The notes beneath the pieces are model-generated. The model searched no databases. It had not been told where the DNA came from and was given only the letters and a program-made list of their open reading frames with translations. The translations under genes were made by a program, and so were the position numbers. From assembly GCF_963921235.1 (NCBI RefSeq), contig NC_086097.1, forward strand, positions 85,128,001-85,192,000: a DNA stretch of 64,000 nt, in the 5' to 3' direction. The stretch comes from Mobula hypostoma. Its lineage: Eukaryota. This document shows positions 36,176 through 49,900 of the stretch, in pieces. The first letter of the stretch is position 1; the number at the start of each line of letters is the position of its first letter.

Positions 36176-39100
36176 GTAGTACAGAAACAGAGCGAAAAGA
36201 AGTAAAAATAGTACGGTAGTGTACGTGGGCTCACTTTCCAGTCAGAAATCTGATGACAATGGGGAAGAAGCAATTCTTAAAATGTTGAGTGTGAGTCTAC
36301 AAGCTCCTGTACCTCCTCCTTGATGGTAGCAATGAGAAGAGGGCATGTCCTGGGTGATGGGGCAACCTTACTGACAGATGCTGCCTTTTCGAGACATTGC
36401 CTTGTGATGATGCCTTTGATGTCCTCAATTAGGAGGCCCATGATGAAGCCTTTTCCAGTCCTATATTGTGGCCCCTCCGTGCCAGATGATGATTCAACCA
36501 ATTTCAGTGCTCTCCATGATACATCTGTAGAAATTTGCAAGTGTATTTGGTGACATATCAAGTCTGCTCAAACTCCTAATGAAATATAGCTGCTGTTGTA
36601 CATTCATTGTAATTGCTTCAATATGTTGGGCCCAGGATAGGTCTCTAGGGATATTGACACCCAGCAACGTGAAACTGCTCACCCTCTCCACTGCTGATCC
36701 CTCGATAAGGACTGGTGTGTGTTCCCTCGACTCCCCCTTCCTGAAGTCCACAATCAATTCCTTGGTCTTCCTGACGTTAAATGCAAGGTGGTTGTTTGAA
36801 CACCAGTCGACAAGCTCATCTATCTCACTCCTGTACACCTCCTTGTCACCATCTGAAATTCTGCCAACAATAGTTCTGTCATTGGCACATTTATAGATGG
36901 TGTTTGAGCTGTGCCTAGCCACACAGTTGTGGGTGTAGAGAGTAGAGCAGTGGGCTAAGAACATATGCTTGAGGTCCAGCTGCGTTGATTGTCAGTGGGG
37001 AGGAGCTGTTACTTCCAATTTGCACCGACTGTGGTCTCCCGATGAGGAAGTCAAGGATCCACTTGCAGAGGGAAGAACAGAGGCCCGGGTTTTGGAGCTT
37101 GTTGATTAGTATTGAGGGTATAGTGGTGTTGAATGCTGAACTATAATCAATAAACAGTTGCCTGACATAGGTATTTCTATTGTCCAGGTGATCCAAGGCT
37201 GTGTGGAGAGCCAGTGAGATTGCATCCACTGTAGACCTATTGTGGTGATAGGCAACTTGCGTATGGTCCAGGTCCTTGCTTAGGCAGGATTTGATTCTGG
37301 CCATGACCATCCTCTCAAAGCACTTCATTACAGTAGATGTGAGTGTAACTGGGCAATAGACAGTGAGGCAGCCCACCCTACTCTTCTTGGGCACTGATAT
37401 GATTGTCACCCTTATGAAGCAGTTGGGAACTTCGACTGCAGCAGTGAGAGTTTGAAGGTGTCCTTGAGCACTCCTGCCAGTTGGTTGGCACAGGTTTTCA
37501 GTGCCCCACCAGGTACGCCATCAGGGCCTGATGCCTTATGAAGGTTCACTCTCATGAAAGGTGTTCTGACATCGGCCTTCAAGGCAGAGATCACAGGGTC
37601 ACCAAACGTTACAGGGATATGAACTTTTATTCTCCCTTTCAAAGCATGCAAAATGGCAATTAGTTCATCTGGGAGTGAAGCATCGCAGCCATTCATGATG
37701 TTAGGTTTTGCTTTGGGGGATATAAAGGCCTGCAAACACTGCCAGAGCTGATGTGCATCCGATTCTGTCTTTAACTAATTTCAATCAGAATTGCTTTTTC
37801 ACCCTTAAAGTAGCCTTCTGTTGGTCATACCTGGACTTCTTGTATAGTTCTGGTTCACTGGGCTTTGAATTCCACAGATCTAGCCCCCAGCACACTATGA
37901 ATCTTTTGGTTCAGCCACAGCTTTAGGTTTGGGTATGTCTGGTATGTTCTTGAAGGCGCACTCCCATCCTCTACAATCACTCTGAGCACCGATGTTCCAA
38001 AAGGCTATGTACTCAGCCCCCTGCTGTACTCACTGTACACCCATGATTGTGTAGCCAAGTTTCCATCAAACTCAATATGTAAGTTTGCTGATGACACAAC
38101 AATTGTAGGCCGTATCTTGGGTAATGATGAGTTTGAGTACAGAGAGGAAATTAAGAACCTGGTGGCATGGTGCGAAGACAATAACCTATCCCTCAACGTC
38201 AGCAAGACAAAGGAATTGGTTGTTGACTTCAGAAGGAGTAGCAGACCTCACGACCCAATTTACATTGGTGGTTCGCAAGTGGAACAGGTCAAAAGCTTTA
38301 AGTTCCTCAGGGTCAATATCACAAATGACCTGACTTGGTCCAACCAAGCAGAGTTCACTGCCAAGAAGGCCCACCAGCGCCTTTACTTATTGAGAAAGCT
38401 AAAGAAATTTGGCCCGTCCCCTAAAACGCTCACTAATTTTTATAGATGCACCATAGAAAGAGTTCTTCTAGGGCGCATCACAGCCTGGTATGGAAGTTGT
38501 CCTGTCCAAGACGAAAGAAGCTGCAGAAGATCGTGAACACAGCGTAGCACATCACACAAACCAATCTTCCGTCCTTGGACTCACTTACACCGCACGCTGT
38601 CGGAGCAGTGCTGCCAGGATAATCAAGGACACGACCCACCCAGCCAACAGACTTTTCGTCCCTCTTCCCTCCGGGAGAAGGCTCAGGAGCTTGAAAACTC
38701 GTACGGCCAGATTTGGGAACAGCTTCTTTCCAACTGTGATAAGACTGCTGAACAGATCCTGACCCGGATCTGGGCCGTACCCTCCAAATATCTGGACCTG
38801 CCTCTCGGTTTTTTTTGTACTACCTTACTTTCCATTTTTCTATTTTCTATTTATGATTTATAATTTAAATTTTTAATATTTACTAATTTTTACTATTTTA
38901 AATATTTAATATTTGTAATCCAGGGAGCAGGAAGCACAGAATCAAATATCGCTGTGATAATTGTACATTCTAGTATGAATTGTTTGGCGACAATAAAGTA
39001 TAAAGTATCCACCCAGGTCTTGATGAAGATGGTGATAACTGTGGCATATTCATTCAGATCCAAAGACAAATCCTTGAATATTTTCTAGTCTACCAATTCA

Positions 39101-39700
39101 AAGCAGTCCTATAAGTGTTCTTCCATCTCCCTTGACCATACCTTCTTGATTCTCACCACTAGTGCTGCGGTCTTCAGTCTCAGCCTATACGCCAGAAGTA
39201 AAAGTACAGCCAGGTGATCGGACTTTCGATAGTGTGGCCATGGGTGGCTCAGTAAGTCCTCTTGAGGGAGGTATGAGAGTGAGTAAGTGTGTTGGCTCCT
39301 CTAGTTCCATAAGTCTTATGTTGATGGTAGTTGTTCAAAGACTTCTGAAGCTGGCCTTGTTGAAATCCATGCAACGATAGGGAAGGCATCAGGTACACTG
39401 TTTCATGATTGCTGATTACAGTCCACAGCTCCTTCAGTGTCTGCCTGATGATGGCTTGAGTTGGAATGTTTACTGATACCAGGATGATGGCAGAAAGTTC
39501 CCCCAGCAGATAAAATGGACAATATTTGACTGCTAGATGTTCCAGGTCGGGTGAGCAGGACTGAGACAAAACCATCACATCTGTACACCACAATGTGCAC
39601 CACGAAGATAACTTTCTGTAGTTGTTCATCTTTAGGCTCAACTTTATTTGCGCATTTATAGATCAAAAGCAACTAACATAACTTTAAGAACTTGAAGGGC
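36176..39700 (-). mobile_element. Rex1/Babar-type LINE, long degenerate copy (tail continues at 35220-35277)
   Basis: ORFs 39249..39641 (APE endonuclease), 37412..37735, 36915..37409 ('QLFIDYSSAFNT') and 36494..36964 (RT). Confidence 0.9.
37970..39007 (+). mobile_element. Younger Rex1/Babar-type LINE nested in opposite orientation
   Basis: 'KFADDTTIVG...YREEIKNLVAWCEDNNLSLNVSKTKELVVDFRR' with a CAATAAAGTATAAAGTA tail. The host element resumes on both sides. Confidence 0.9.
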
Positions 39701-40189
39701 AAATCTTGAATTGTTGAGGATAATGAAATAACTAATAAAGTTAATTAAATTTGTAGGAAAAAATCTTGTATTTAAGTAGCATCTTTAATATTTAAAAGAA
39801 TCCCAAGGCCCCACTTCCTGGCATTGTGCAGAAACCTTACCCCTAGAATACCCTGATAGGCTTTGACAGAAAGCAAAGCTGGGGGAAAACTTTGTCTCCT
39901 GTCAAAGAAGTCATGGCACTTATTGTAAATGCCTCTGATAGTGAAAAAGTGTTAATTTGAAATGATTAAATAATGTTTAAAACAACTAAAAACAATGATA
40001 ACATGTATAGGATGTAGGATTAATTAAATAGTATGAAAATTATTACAAAAATAAACCTTCCACTCCCTTTGCTTCCTAACGAGCCTGCTTAGAATTCAGT
40101 ACCAGGGAACCCCAGCTAGAAAAGGCCTCACCAAAGGAAGCCATTTGGAGTTCAACGATGAAGCTTCTGGATTAGGGATAAGAGGAGGA

Positions 40190-40840
40190 AGAGAAGATGG
40201 CGGCATGACACAGCACGTGCGGCCACTCCGGTGAATGATATCTGTAATCTGTCAAGTAGGGTACCATGCACAATTCTGATTTGATGGAGACAGACGTGAG
40301 AGTACGGAGGAACATCTGGAGAAACTTCTGAAATGTCCACTTCGTTGCCGCTGCTACTGTGTGGTCCGGAATCTCCGGAGGAGAAGGCCCCGAATCCTCG
40401 GCTTTGCTTGTTTTGGCGGCCGGGGCGAGGTCGATGGCGCTCGGGAGGCTGTATCGGAGGGGCTGGTCAGAGGCTCGAAGTTTTTGGACGGACAGACTCA
40501 GTGTCGGCTGTTATTGGGTGCTTCCAATGCATTGGCAGTTGTCGGTGCCTGGAGGTTTATGGGAGTTTCTCCCTTTTGCCGCCTGCTATCGGGGACTCGG
40601 GAGTCGATCGGGACTTTGAGACTTTTTTTTACCATGCCCATGGTCTGTTCTTTATCACATTATGGTATTGTTTTGCACTGCTGTAACTATATGTTATAAT
40701 TATGTGGTTCCGTCAGTGTTAGTCTTTGGTTTGTTCTGTTTTTTTATGATATCACTCTGGAGGAACATTGTATCATTTCTTAATGCATGCATGCATTTCT
40801 AAATGACAATAAACGAGGTCTGAGTGTTCTCATAGTCTAA
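40190..40840 (+). mobile_element. Non-autonomous ~650-bp LINE-derived element
   Basis: AAGATGGCGGC 5' motif and TGACAATAAA...CATAGTCTAA tail. A homologous reverse copy lies at 58308-58925. Confidence 0.75.
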
Positions 40841-41153
40841 TTGACAGACTCTTAGATAGGCATGTGGATGAAAGAAAAGTGAAAGAGAAGAGTTTGACTG
40901 ATCTTGGAGTAGGCTAAAAGGTTGGCAAAATGTTGCAGGTGTAATGATCTGTACTGTACTGTACTTTTCTATGTTCTATAAGCATTGTGACAGAATCAGA
41001 ACCATGTTCAATATCATTCGCATACGTCATGAAATTTGTTGTTTTGCAACAGCAGTGCAATACATAATAAAAACTATAAATTACAATGAGAGATATATAT
41101 ACTGTATATAAAATTAAGTAAGTAGTGCAAAAAGCGAACAAAAATTTGTGAAG

Positions 41154-41364
41154 CAACACACATCAAAGTTGCTGGTGAACGCAGCAGGCCAGGCAGCAAC
41201 TCTAGGAAGAGGTACAGTCGACATTTCAGGCCGAGGCCCTTCGTCAGGACGTCGACTGTACCTCTTCCTAGAGAAGCTGCCTGGCCTGCTGCGTTCACCA
41301 GCAACTTCGATGTGTGTTGCTTGAATTTCCAGCATCTGCAGAATTCCTCTTGTTTGCGTTTTTA
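41154..41364. mobile_element. Penelope-like fold-back (inverted pLTR) insertion
   Basis: 72-bp inverted arms (41151-41222 / 41251-41322, 3 mismatches) and 14-bp TSD AAAAATTTGTGAAG (41140-41153, 41365-41378). Confidence 0.9.
41217..41250 (-). ncRNA. Minimal hammerhead ribozyme motif (Penelope type)
   Basis: Minus strand reads GTC-CTGACGA-AGG(GCCTCGG)CCT-GAAA-TGTC-GAC: CUGANGA and GAAA boxes, stem II, a GUC site and a GTC/GAC stem I. Confidence 0.65.
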
Positions 41365-42149
41365 AAAAATTTGTGAAGTAGTGTTCATGGGTTCATTGTC
41401 CATTCAGAAATCTGACGGCAGAGGAGAAGAAGCTGTTCCAAAATGCTGCGTGTGTGTCTTCAGGCTCCAGTGCCTATACTTCCTCCTTGATGGTAGCAAT
41501 GAGAAGAGGGGATGTCCTGGGTAATGGGGATTCTTAACGATTTGAGACATCTTCTTTTGAAGTCATCCTCGACGCTAGGATTCTCTTAATCAAGTGAAGT
41601 TCAGTTCCAGAGTGAATGGGGGCTTCCAGGACTTAATTATGGACTGAATACAATTACATTCAGAAGCACAGGGTACAGGCATCTTAACATATTTCATTAG
41701 CTCATTATCTCTAATAACTTCCTCAAGTCCAGGCGGGACCTTTCCCTCGTATTAATGACCTCTATTGGTCCTTCGCTTTTGTTGAAAATAAAATAAATAA
41801 TGGGCAGAATTCAGCTCAGCAGAGCCTAAAACATGGGGTGTTGCAATTTTCATTTTACACCCCTGTCATGAATTTTGTTTCAATACTCCTGCCAACAGGG
41901 TCACTTTGTGTACAATTTGTCCAGGCAGTTGGATGAAGTGGCAGTTGGTTTTGTTCTCATCATTTCACCAGCCACTAGTGGGGTGATGTCAAGGCATAGT
42001 TTCATTATTTGATAAGTGGGGTTGTGGATGGAAGTGCTTAGTCTAGTTTTAATTTCAGTTACTTATAATTCCATTGCAAATTAAGGTATGTGCTTTCTGT
42101 GCGTGCTACTGATGCAAACTGGTGCTCTGTGCTGGCTAGGCTCACCTTT

Positions 42150-43520
42150 GGGACAATGAGAAATATTGGACACTGAAGAAGGTTGTCAAATGATACTACA
42201 AGATATAGTTACAGGTATGGGTGTAGAAATAACAGCTGTTTTTTATACCAGGCAATGATGAGGTGATGCACTTTGGAAGGTCAAAAGTAAGGGGAAAATA
42301 TTCAGTTAATGACAGGACTCTTAAGAGGCTTGATGTACACAGAAGTCATGAGGTCCAAGTCCAGAGCTCCTTGAAAATGACCATGCAAGTAGATATGGTG
42401 GTACAGGAGGCATATGGCGTGCTTGCTTTCATTTGACAAGACGTGGAGTGTAACAGTAAAGAAGTTGTGCTAGTAGCTATATGGAACTTTGGTTAGGATG
42501 TACTTGGAATATTGTGTGCAATTACAGGAAGAATGTGGAGGCTTTGGACCACATAGAGCTGAAGGATGCTGCTTGGATTATAGAGTATGAGATTGAGGAG
42601 AGGTTGAAAAAACTTGGGTTGTTTTCTCTGAAGAGTTGGAGGCTGAGGGGAGATCTGATAGAAGTTTGTAAAATAGTAAGTGGCATTGATAGGATAGACA
42701 GTAAGAATTTTCTTCCAAGGATAGAAATACCAAATACTAGAGGACATGCACTTAAAGTGAGAGGGGCAAGCTTAAGGGAGATGTTGGTGAGTTCAGTTTT
42801 CTGTTCAGTTTTGGTCACCCCACTGTAGGAAAGATGCTGTTAAACTGGAAAGACTACACAGGAGACTTATGAAGATGCTGCTGAGACTTGAGGGACAGCA
42901 TTACTCATGGAGGCTGAGCAGGTTGGGACTTCCTTCATTGGGTCATAGGGATGATCGTATGGAGGTGTATAAAATTATGAGGGTTTTTCCTCCTGGGTTG
43001 GGGAGTCAAGAACTAGAAGGCGTAGGTTTCAGGTGAGTGATGAGAGAAGTAATAGAAACCTGATGGGCATCTTTTTCACCCAGAAGTTGGTTTGTAATTG
43101 GAATGAGTTGCCAGAGTAAATGGTTGAGGTAGGTACATAAAAAGATACATGGATAGGAACGTTTAGGGGGAAATGGGCCAAAGACAGTCAAATAGGTTTA
43201 GCTTAGGTGGGAACTTTGGTTGGCATGGACCAGTTGGACAGAAGAGCATCATCCTGTGCTCTATAACTTTATGACTCTCTGTGTGGGGCAGCATTTATGT
43301 GCAGATTAGTAGACATATGGAATAAGCTGTTGGGCAATTGTGAAAATAGATACAATAACTGTGTTTAAGAGGCTGTTAGATAGACACATGAATATCCCAG
43401 GAATGGAGGGATATGGACCATGGGCAGGAGAAAAGATTTACTTTAATTTGACATTGTGTTTAGCACAGACATCGTGAGCTGAAGTGCCTGTTTCTGTGCT
43501 GTCTTGTTCTGGGTTCTGTA
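42150..43520 (+). mobile_element. Stacked CR1 3' fragments
   Basis: 'EERLKKLGLFSLKSWRLRGDLIEVCKI...NTRGHALK' plus two further CR1-type 3' ends. Confidence 0.8.
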
Positions 43521-43933
43521 TTCTATTTGTTATAATCTACATTTGGAGAACAGGAGCAATGCAATCTCATGAGATTTGCATTTTTTGTGAGCAACTCTGT
43601 CTCTGAGCAGTTCGGAAAAATAAATGTTGGGAATGTCTCAGATATTTCTTGCAGTGGCTTCCTGTTGACCTTTAAGTATACACAGTGGTCTCTCACAGAC
43701 ATGCACACACACAAAAGACAAACAAGCACATGCAAGTATGCATTGGCATGAACACAAACACACTCAGATTCACACAAAAATTCACACTTACAAAAACCTC
43801 ACATCCATGCGTGAATGCATTTGTGCACACATATATATGAATGGCACACCTCCTGACTCACCCCTGACATAAACAGTGCCTTGCACTAACTTACTTATAA
43901 TACCACCTGACCAGTTGATATCACATTGGGTAA

Positions 43934-45870
43934 GATCATAAGACCATAAGTCATAGGAGCAAAATTAGGCCACTCAGTTCATCAAATCTACTCTACTATT
44001 CCATCATTGCTGATTTATTATTCTTCTCAACCCCAATCTCCTGCCTTTTCCCCATAAGCTTTGATGCCTTGACTAATCAAGAAGCTATCAACCTATGCTT
44101 TAAATATAATCAAGGACTTGGCCTTCACAGCTGTCCGTGGCAACGAGTTCCACAGATTCGCCACACTCTGGCTGAAGAAGTTCCTCCTCATCTCGGTTCT
44201 AAAAGAACGCCCCTCTATTCAGAGGCTGTGTCCCCTAGTCTTAGAGTCTCCCACCATCCACCCTAACTAGGCCTTTCAATATTGGATAGGTTTCAATGAG
44301 ACACCGCCTCATTCTTCTAACTCCAACAAATAAAGGCCCAGAGCATACTATGCTCCTCATATGCTAACCCTTTACTTCCCAGAATCTTTCTCGTGAACCT
44401 GCTCTGGACCCGCTCAAATATCAGCCCATCTTTTCCTAGATAAGCAGCCCAAAACTGCTCACAATACTCCAGGTGTGGTCTGACCAATGCCTTATAAATC
44501 CTCAGCATAACATCCTTGCTCTTATACTCTAGTCCTCTCAAACTGAATGCTAACATTGGATTTGCCTCCCTTGCCACTGACTCAACCTGAAAATTAACCT
44601 TTAGGGAATCCTGCACAAGGTCTCACAGTCCCTTTGCACCTCTGAATTTTGAATTGTCTCCCCATTTAGAAAATAGTCTATGCCTTTATTCCTTCTACCA
44701 AAGTGAATGACCATAAACTTCCCGACACTATATTCCATCTGCCATTTTTTTGCCCATTCTCCTAATCTGTCTAGCTCCTTCTGCAAACTCCCTGCTTGCT
44801 CAACAGTACCTGCCCCTCCATCGATCTTTGTATTGTCTGCAAACTTGGCCACAAAGCCAGCAGTTCTGTCATCCAAATCAATGACATATGATGTGAGAAG
44901 AAGCTGTCCCAATACCGACACTGTGGAACACCACTAGTCACCAGCAACCAACCTGACTAGGTTCCCCTTGTTTCCAGTCTTTGCCTCCTGCCAATCAGCT
45001 AATCTTTTATCAATTCGATGATAGAATTCCATAGGCTCTTATTTGGTTTAGCAGGTTCATGTGTGGCACCTTGTCAAAGGCCTTCTGAAAATCCAAGTAA
45101 ACAACATCAACTGATTCTCCTTTGTCTCTCCTGCCAGTTATTTCATCAATGAATTCCAAATATTTGTCAGACAAGATTTCCCCTTAAGGAATCCATGCTG
45201 ACTTTGGCTTACTTTATCATGTGCCTCCAAGTATCCCTAAACCTCATCCTTAATATCAGACTCCAACATCTCCCTAACCACTGAAATCAGGCTAACTGGC
45301 TTGTAATTTCCTTTCTTCTGTCCCCCTTCCTTCTTAAAAAGTGTAGTGACAGTCGCAATTTTCCAGTCCTGCAGAACCATTCCAGAATCTAGTGATTCTT
45401 GAAAGATGGCTACTAATACCTCCACAATATCTCACGCTACCTTGTTCAGAACCCTGTGGTGTAGTCCAACTGGTCCAGGTGATTTTTCTAACTTCAGAGC
45501 TTCCAGCTTCCCAAGTGTCTTCTCCTTAATAATAACGACTGCAGCCACTTCTGATGCAAAATACATACTGTATTATGTTCGCCTGCCATTTCTTTGTTGC
45601 CCCATCACTACCCTTACAGAATCATTTTCAAGCAATCCAATATCCACATTCACCCCTCTTTTACTCTTTATATCTCTGGAGAAGCCTTTTGGTATCCTCT
45701 TTCATATTATTGGCCAGCTTACATTCATATTTCATCTTTTCTCTCCCAATGTTTGTTTTTAGTTGCCTTCTGTCAGTTTTTTAAACTTTCCCAATCCTCT
45801 AACTTATCGCAGATTTTTACTATATTATATGCCGTCTCTTTAGCTTTCATGCTGCCTTTGATACCTGTTG
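43934..45870 (-). mobile_element. CR1 LINE, 5'-truncated
   Basis: ORFs 45237..45425, 44601..44921 ('KFADNTKI') and 44317..44616 ('LVRPHLEYC'). (CATAAGAC)n tail at ~43934. Confidence 0.92.
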
Positions 45871-46975
45871 TCCGATCCTGATCTTGGACTGTGTATCTTG
45901 GGCAGAAGGAATCGTATGCCTTTTATTGCACCATGTAGCACATCGGGATCCTCTACCTTAATTAGGTGCTCCAGCAGCCCTCTGTCAGGATCATGCCCAA
46001 CGCAGCAAGCTAAATGAGACTGCATGTCACTCAGTGCATGGCACTGCCACCTGCTCTGTGTCAGTAAGGCAGTCGCAGTGACTGAGTGATGATGCATGTG
46101 AAACAATTGCACTTACAGGTTTGCCTTGCATTTCAAAGTTAAGTACAACTAATGATATTTTGCTTTCTGATTCTTCCTACAAAGTTTGGACCTGCAGCAC
46201 AGTAGTTCGGGTGCTCAGGAAACTGTATTGATTAGGCCCACATGTTACATTTAAAAGAACAGAAAATGACAATAGCTCAGTTGCTGAATATGACTTTTGA
46301 TTAACCTCAATGAATTCTCAGGTGAATTACTATCCTCACAGTGTTTAATTGTTCTCAATGACTATGATAAATTATAAATCCAGTCTGCCACATCCAACTT
46401 GCCTCTACTTACATCTTCATCTCAGGTGGCATGTATGTAAGTCCAGTTTTGTACGTGGTGACTTTGTCTACTGAAGTTTCTATGTCAAAGTTGGGGAGTT
46501 TTTAGTGAACTTTTTAACAAAGGGAAGTAAATTTTCTGGCTTCCACAGTTCAGTTTTCCTAACTAGGGTAAAGTGAACTGCTGGTGAAAACAAGCAATCA
46601 GAGGCGCAAGGTGATGGACATAGATAGGGCCAACTTCAGGGTCACTTCCAGATTGAACAGCAAATGTGACACAGGATGCTGACCTGAAATTTAAGTCCTC
46701 TCCAGAGGATGATGATGGCTGGGCAACATGGCATAACACAGAGAGGTCACATCTAGTATGCTGCAGAGCTCTGAGCTCTCAGCTCTGCCTGCAAAATATG
46801 GAACTCACTGCAAGTGAGGAGTGAATTCGATATTAAACAGTGATATTATTAACAGGCTATCTGTAGCAATAGATTGGCCTTGTACAGATCACTGATAGAC
46901 TTGTCTGAATATACAGTGATGTTGATGTGATCTGGCAGAGACAGTTCCAATAATGAGTGGTTAACAGGCTGCTCC

Positions 46976-49900
46976 TCTTGTGTATTTAATATTTCAGTAA
47001 TATTTGAGTAATATTGTTCATTTAAATAATTTATTACAGGTTATATGTAAAAATACGTAAATAACATATGTCATCACACCACCATGTTATACGTGTTTAT
47101 GCCACTTAAAGTAATGTTACGATTTCGTAACGTACCAGCAGCAAGAGATGACAAATTGAGTCGGGTTTTAATATTAAAACCACTATATTTATTTACATCT
47201 ACTCAAAAATATAGAAGATTAAATAAACTATTTTCTTAAACAGAATTTAACAGTGTTGTGCGTCTATAGCTCCCAAACAGTCAAACTTAGAACCCGTTCT
47301 TAACAAATCTTACTCAAGCACAGTCTTAAAGTGGCAGTTCAGAGAGTCCCAGTAATTCACGAAATAGGTGAGAGGAGAGACTTGGAGATTCATAGTGCAG
47401 TGACGAGGCGATCACGATGAATTCCAAAGATTTCATGAACAAAGAAACGGTTAGCGAAGATCCCAGCCGAGGGATACTATTCTGAAGTCCACAAAGAGCG
47501 ATTTCACAAAGTGACTGTCACGAAATCCACACCCATGGATCATACGAAGGACAGACACGTCTTCACAATGCACAGTGTGCCACTGATTAACCCAATCCTT
47601 TGGGTTTGGGTAAGCATTAGACTTTACCCTTCTCGATCGTAAGCTGTTCCCGGATAGCTCGAAGCCTGTAATCTTCACTCTCTCTCTCTTTCCTTTGACT
47701 CCTTCTCAGCACAGTCCACATTTCTTTTATACCATCGGCATACATCATAAGGTACTGCTCACAGAAACAAAACTGTGGACCCTCAGTAAAACGAATCTGG
47801 GGATATGTGACACCCACAGTAAACAAAACTATGGACTCCCAGGAAAACGAAACTGTGGACACGTAACAGTAAAAACAAAGGTACATGAGTAATCCTGGCT
47901 CCATGTTTCTCTTTTAATTAGTTTAATGTTTTGGAGATACAAAACATAACAGCGATGACAATACATTTTAAAGACAAACCTGAGTTGACTACCTAACTAT
48001 CAAAGCGCAGCGAGATGTTTCTCTTTAAAAAAAGCAGCGCAACACGTCTCTTTGGAGGGGAGCGAATGAACATGGGTTCAGTTAAAAAAAACAAAAAAGG
48101 ACAAATTTCACAGGTTCATACTGGGTGACAATAATCATAAATTTAAAATAAGAGCAGAAATGGCTGGCCACATTGGAAAGATAGACACATTCGGTTTCAC
48201 AACAAATAGGTAGATTTTGTATGCTGAGCAAATTGAGCTGTATTTTGAAGCAAATGAAATAGCCGATGAGAAATGAATGCCAGTTTTGCTGAGTGTAATT
48301 AGTGGAAGAACATTCTGTTTGCTTAGAAGTTTAACTGTTCCAAGCATACCAGCTGAAATGAGCTTTACTGATATTGTAAAAGTAATGCTGGTACATTTAG
48401 AACCAAAATTGAAAGTGGATTCAAAAGGAAGGGAAGTCCATTTCAGCATATGTGGATGAATTGAAGAAGCTGTTTAAATGTTGTCAGTTCAGTGATGAAC
48501 TTAGTGATGCACTGAGAGATTGTTTAGTTTGTGAATTCTGACAAAGAAAATTCAAAAACAGTTCCTAACTGAAGCACAATTCACATTTAAAAGAGCAGTT
48601 GAAATAGCTGTATCAATGAAAACAGCAGACAGAGATGCAATTGAGTTTCAGTCAGGAATGAAAATGAGCATGAACAAAATTGTAACATCTAAATAGAAAC
48701 CTACCTGGCCTCAAAAATTGTGTTACTGTTGTGCCAGGGACTCAAATACACCAGACTAATGCAGGTTTAAAAGTGAAACTTGCAGAGAATGCAACAAAGT
48801 AGGACATATACAGTACTAAGAATAGACTGGGCAGACAAAAATAAATGGACTGTGCAATAAAAAGATAAAAAGTCAAATTGCAGTTTCAAAAAGAGCACCG
48901 ATCTTCATGCTGTTGATGAAAAATCTGATAATAATGAATGTGAGTGACACAGGACTGAGTAGCTTTGAGATTTATGATGTGAAAACTAATAATAGACAAA
49001 CAATATAGCTTACATCAGATGTGAATAGCAAATTAACTAAAATGGAATTGGACATTGGCTTGGCTGTTTAAGTTATTCCACAAAATGATATTGAACTGAA
49101 GTCTGCAGATATTCAACTAAGGATTTAAACTGGAGAAGAGATAACTCCTGTGGGTATAACATTTGTATCAGTAAAATACAACAACCTAAAGGCCACATTG
49201 GGTCTGTTTATAGTAAAAACAGTAAGGCCAGCACTGCGGGGATGTGATTGGCTGAAACAACTACAACTTGGTTGGAGATCCACCCACCATTTGCTTGCCA
49301 CATCCCCCGTAATAGAGTCAACAGAAAGCAAATTAAGAAATGTACTGGATGATGCTGCAGCAGTGTTCAAGTACAGCACTGGAAAATTCAAACATATCAA
49401 GCGTAAAATAGTGTTAAATGAAAATGCCGCACCCAAGTTTTGCAAAGCCTGTCTGGTTTCCTTATACCATTCGCGATAAAAGTAGCCAGTGAGCTAGATC
49501 ACATGGAGGCTGAAGGAATTCCTTCCAAGGTTGAGTGGAGCACATGGACAATGCCGTTTGTCCCAGTAGCAAAGAAGAATGGGTCTGTCAGGATCTATGG
49601 TGATATTAACGTCACCATCAACCCAGTACTGAAAATAGATCCGTATCCTCTGCCCAGGAGAGAGGATATCTTTGCACACCTTTCTGGAGGAAAACATTTC
49701 AGCAAAGTGGATTTAGCTGAGGCCTACCTACAAGTGGAGATGGAAGAAGAGTCCAAAGTGTTTCTCACAAAGGGCTTTATCACTACAAAAGGGTTATTTT
49801 TGGAGTAGCATTTTCACTTGTACTCTGGCTGAAAGCTATGGACCAGGTGCTTCAAGGCTGCCCAAGCTCTCAGTGTTACCAGGATGAGATCATTGTTGCC

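Larger units (their letters stand above)
40993..41580 (-). mobile_element. Rex1/Babar-type LINE 3' fragment hosting a fold-back insertion
   Basis: AGAATCAGAA tail, and the same 3' sequence as 417-880. Confidence 0.75.
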
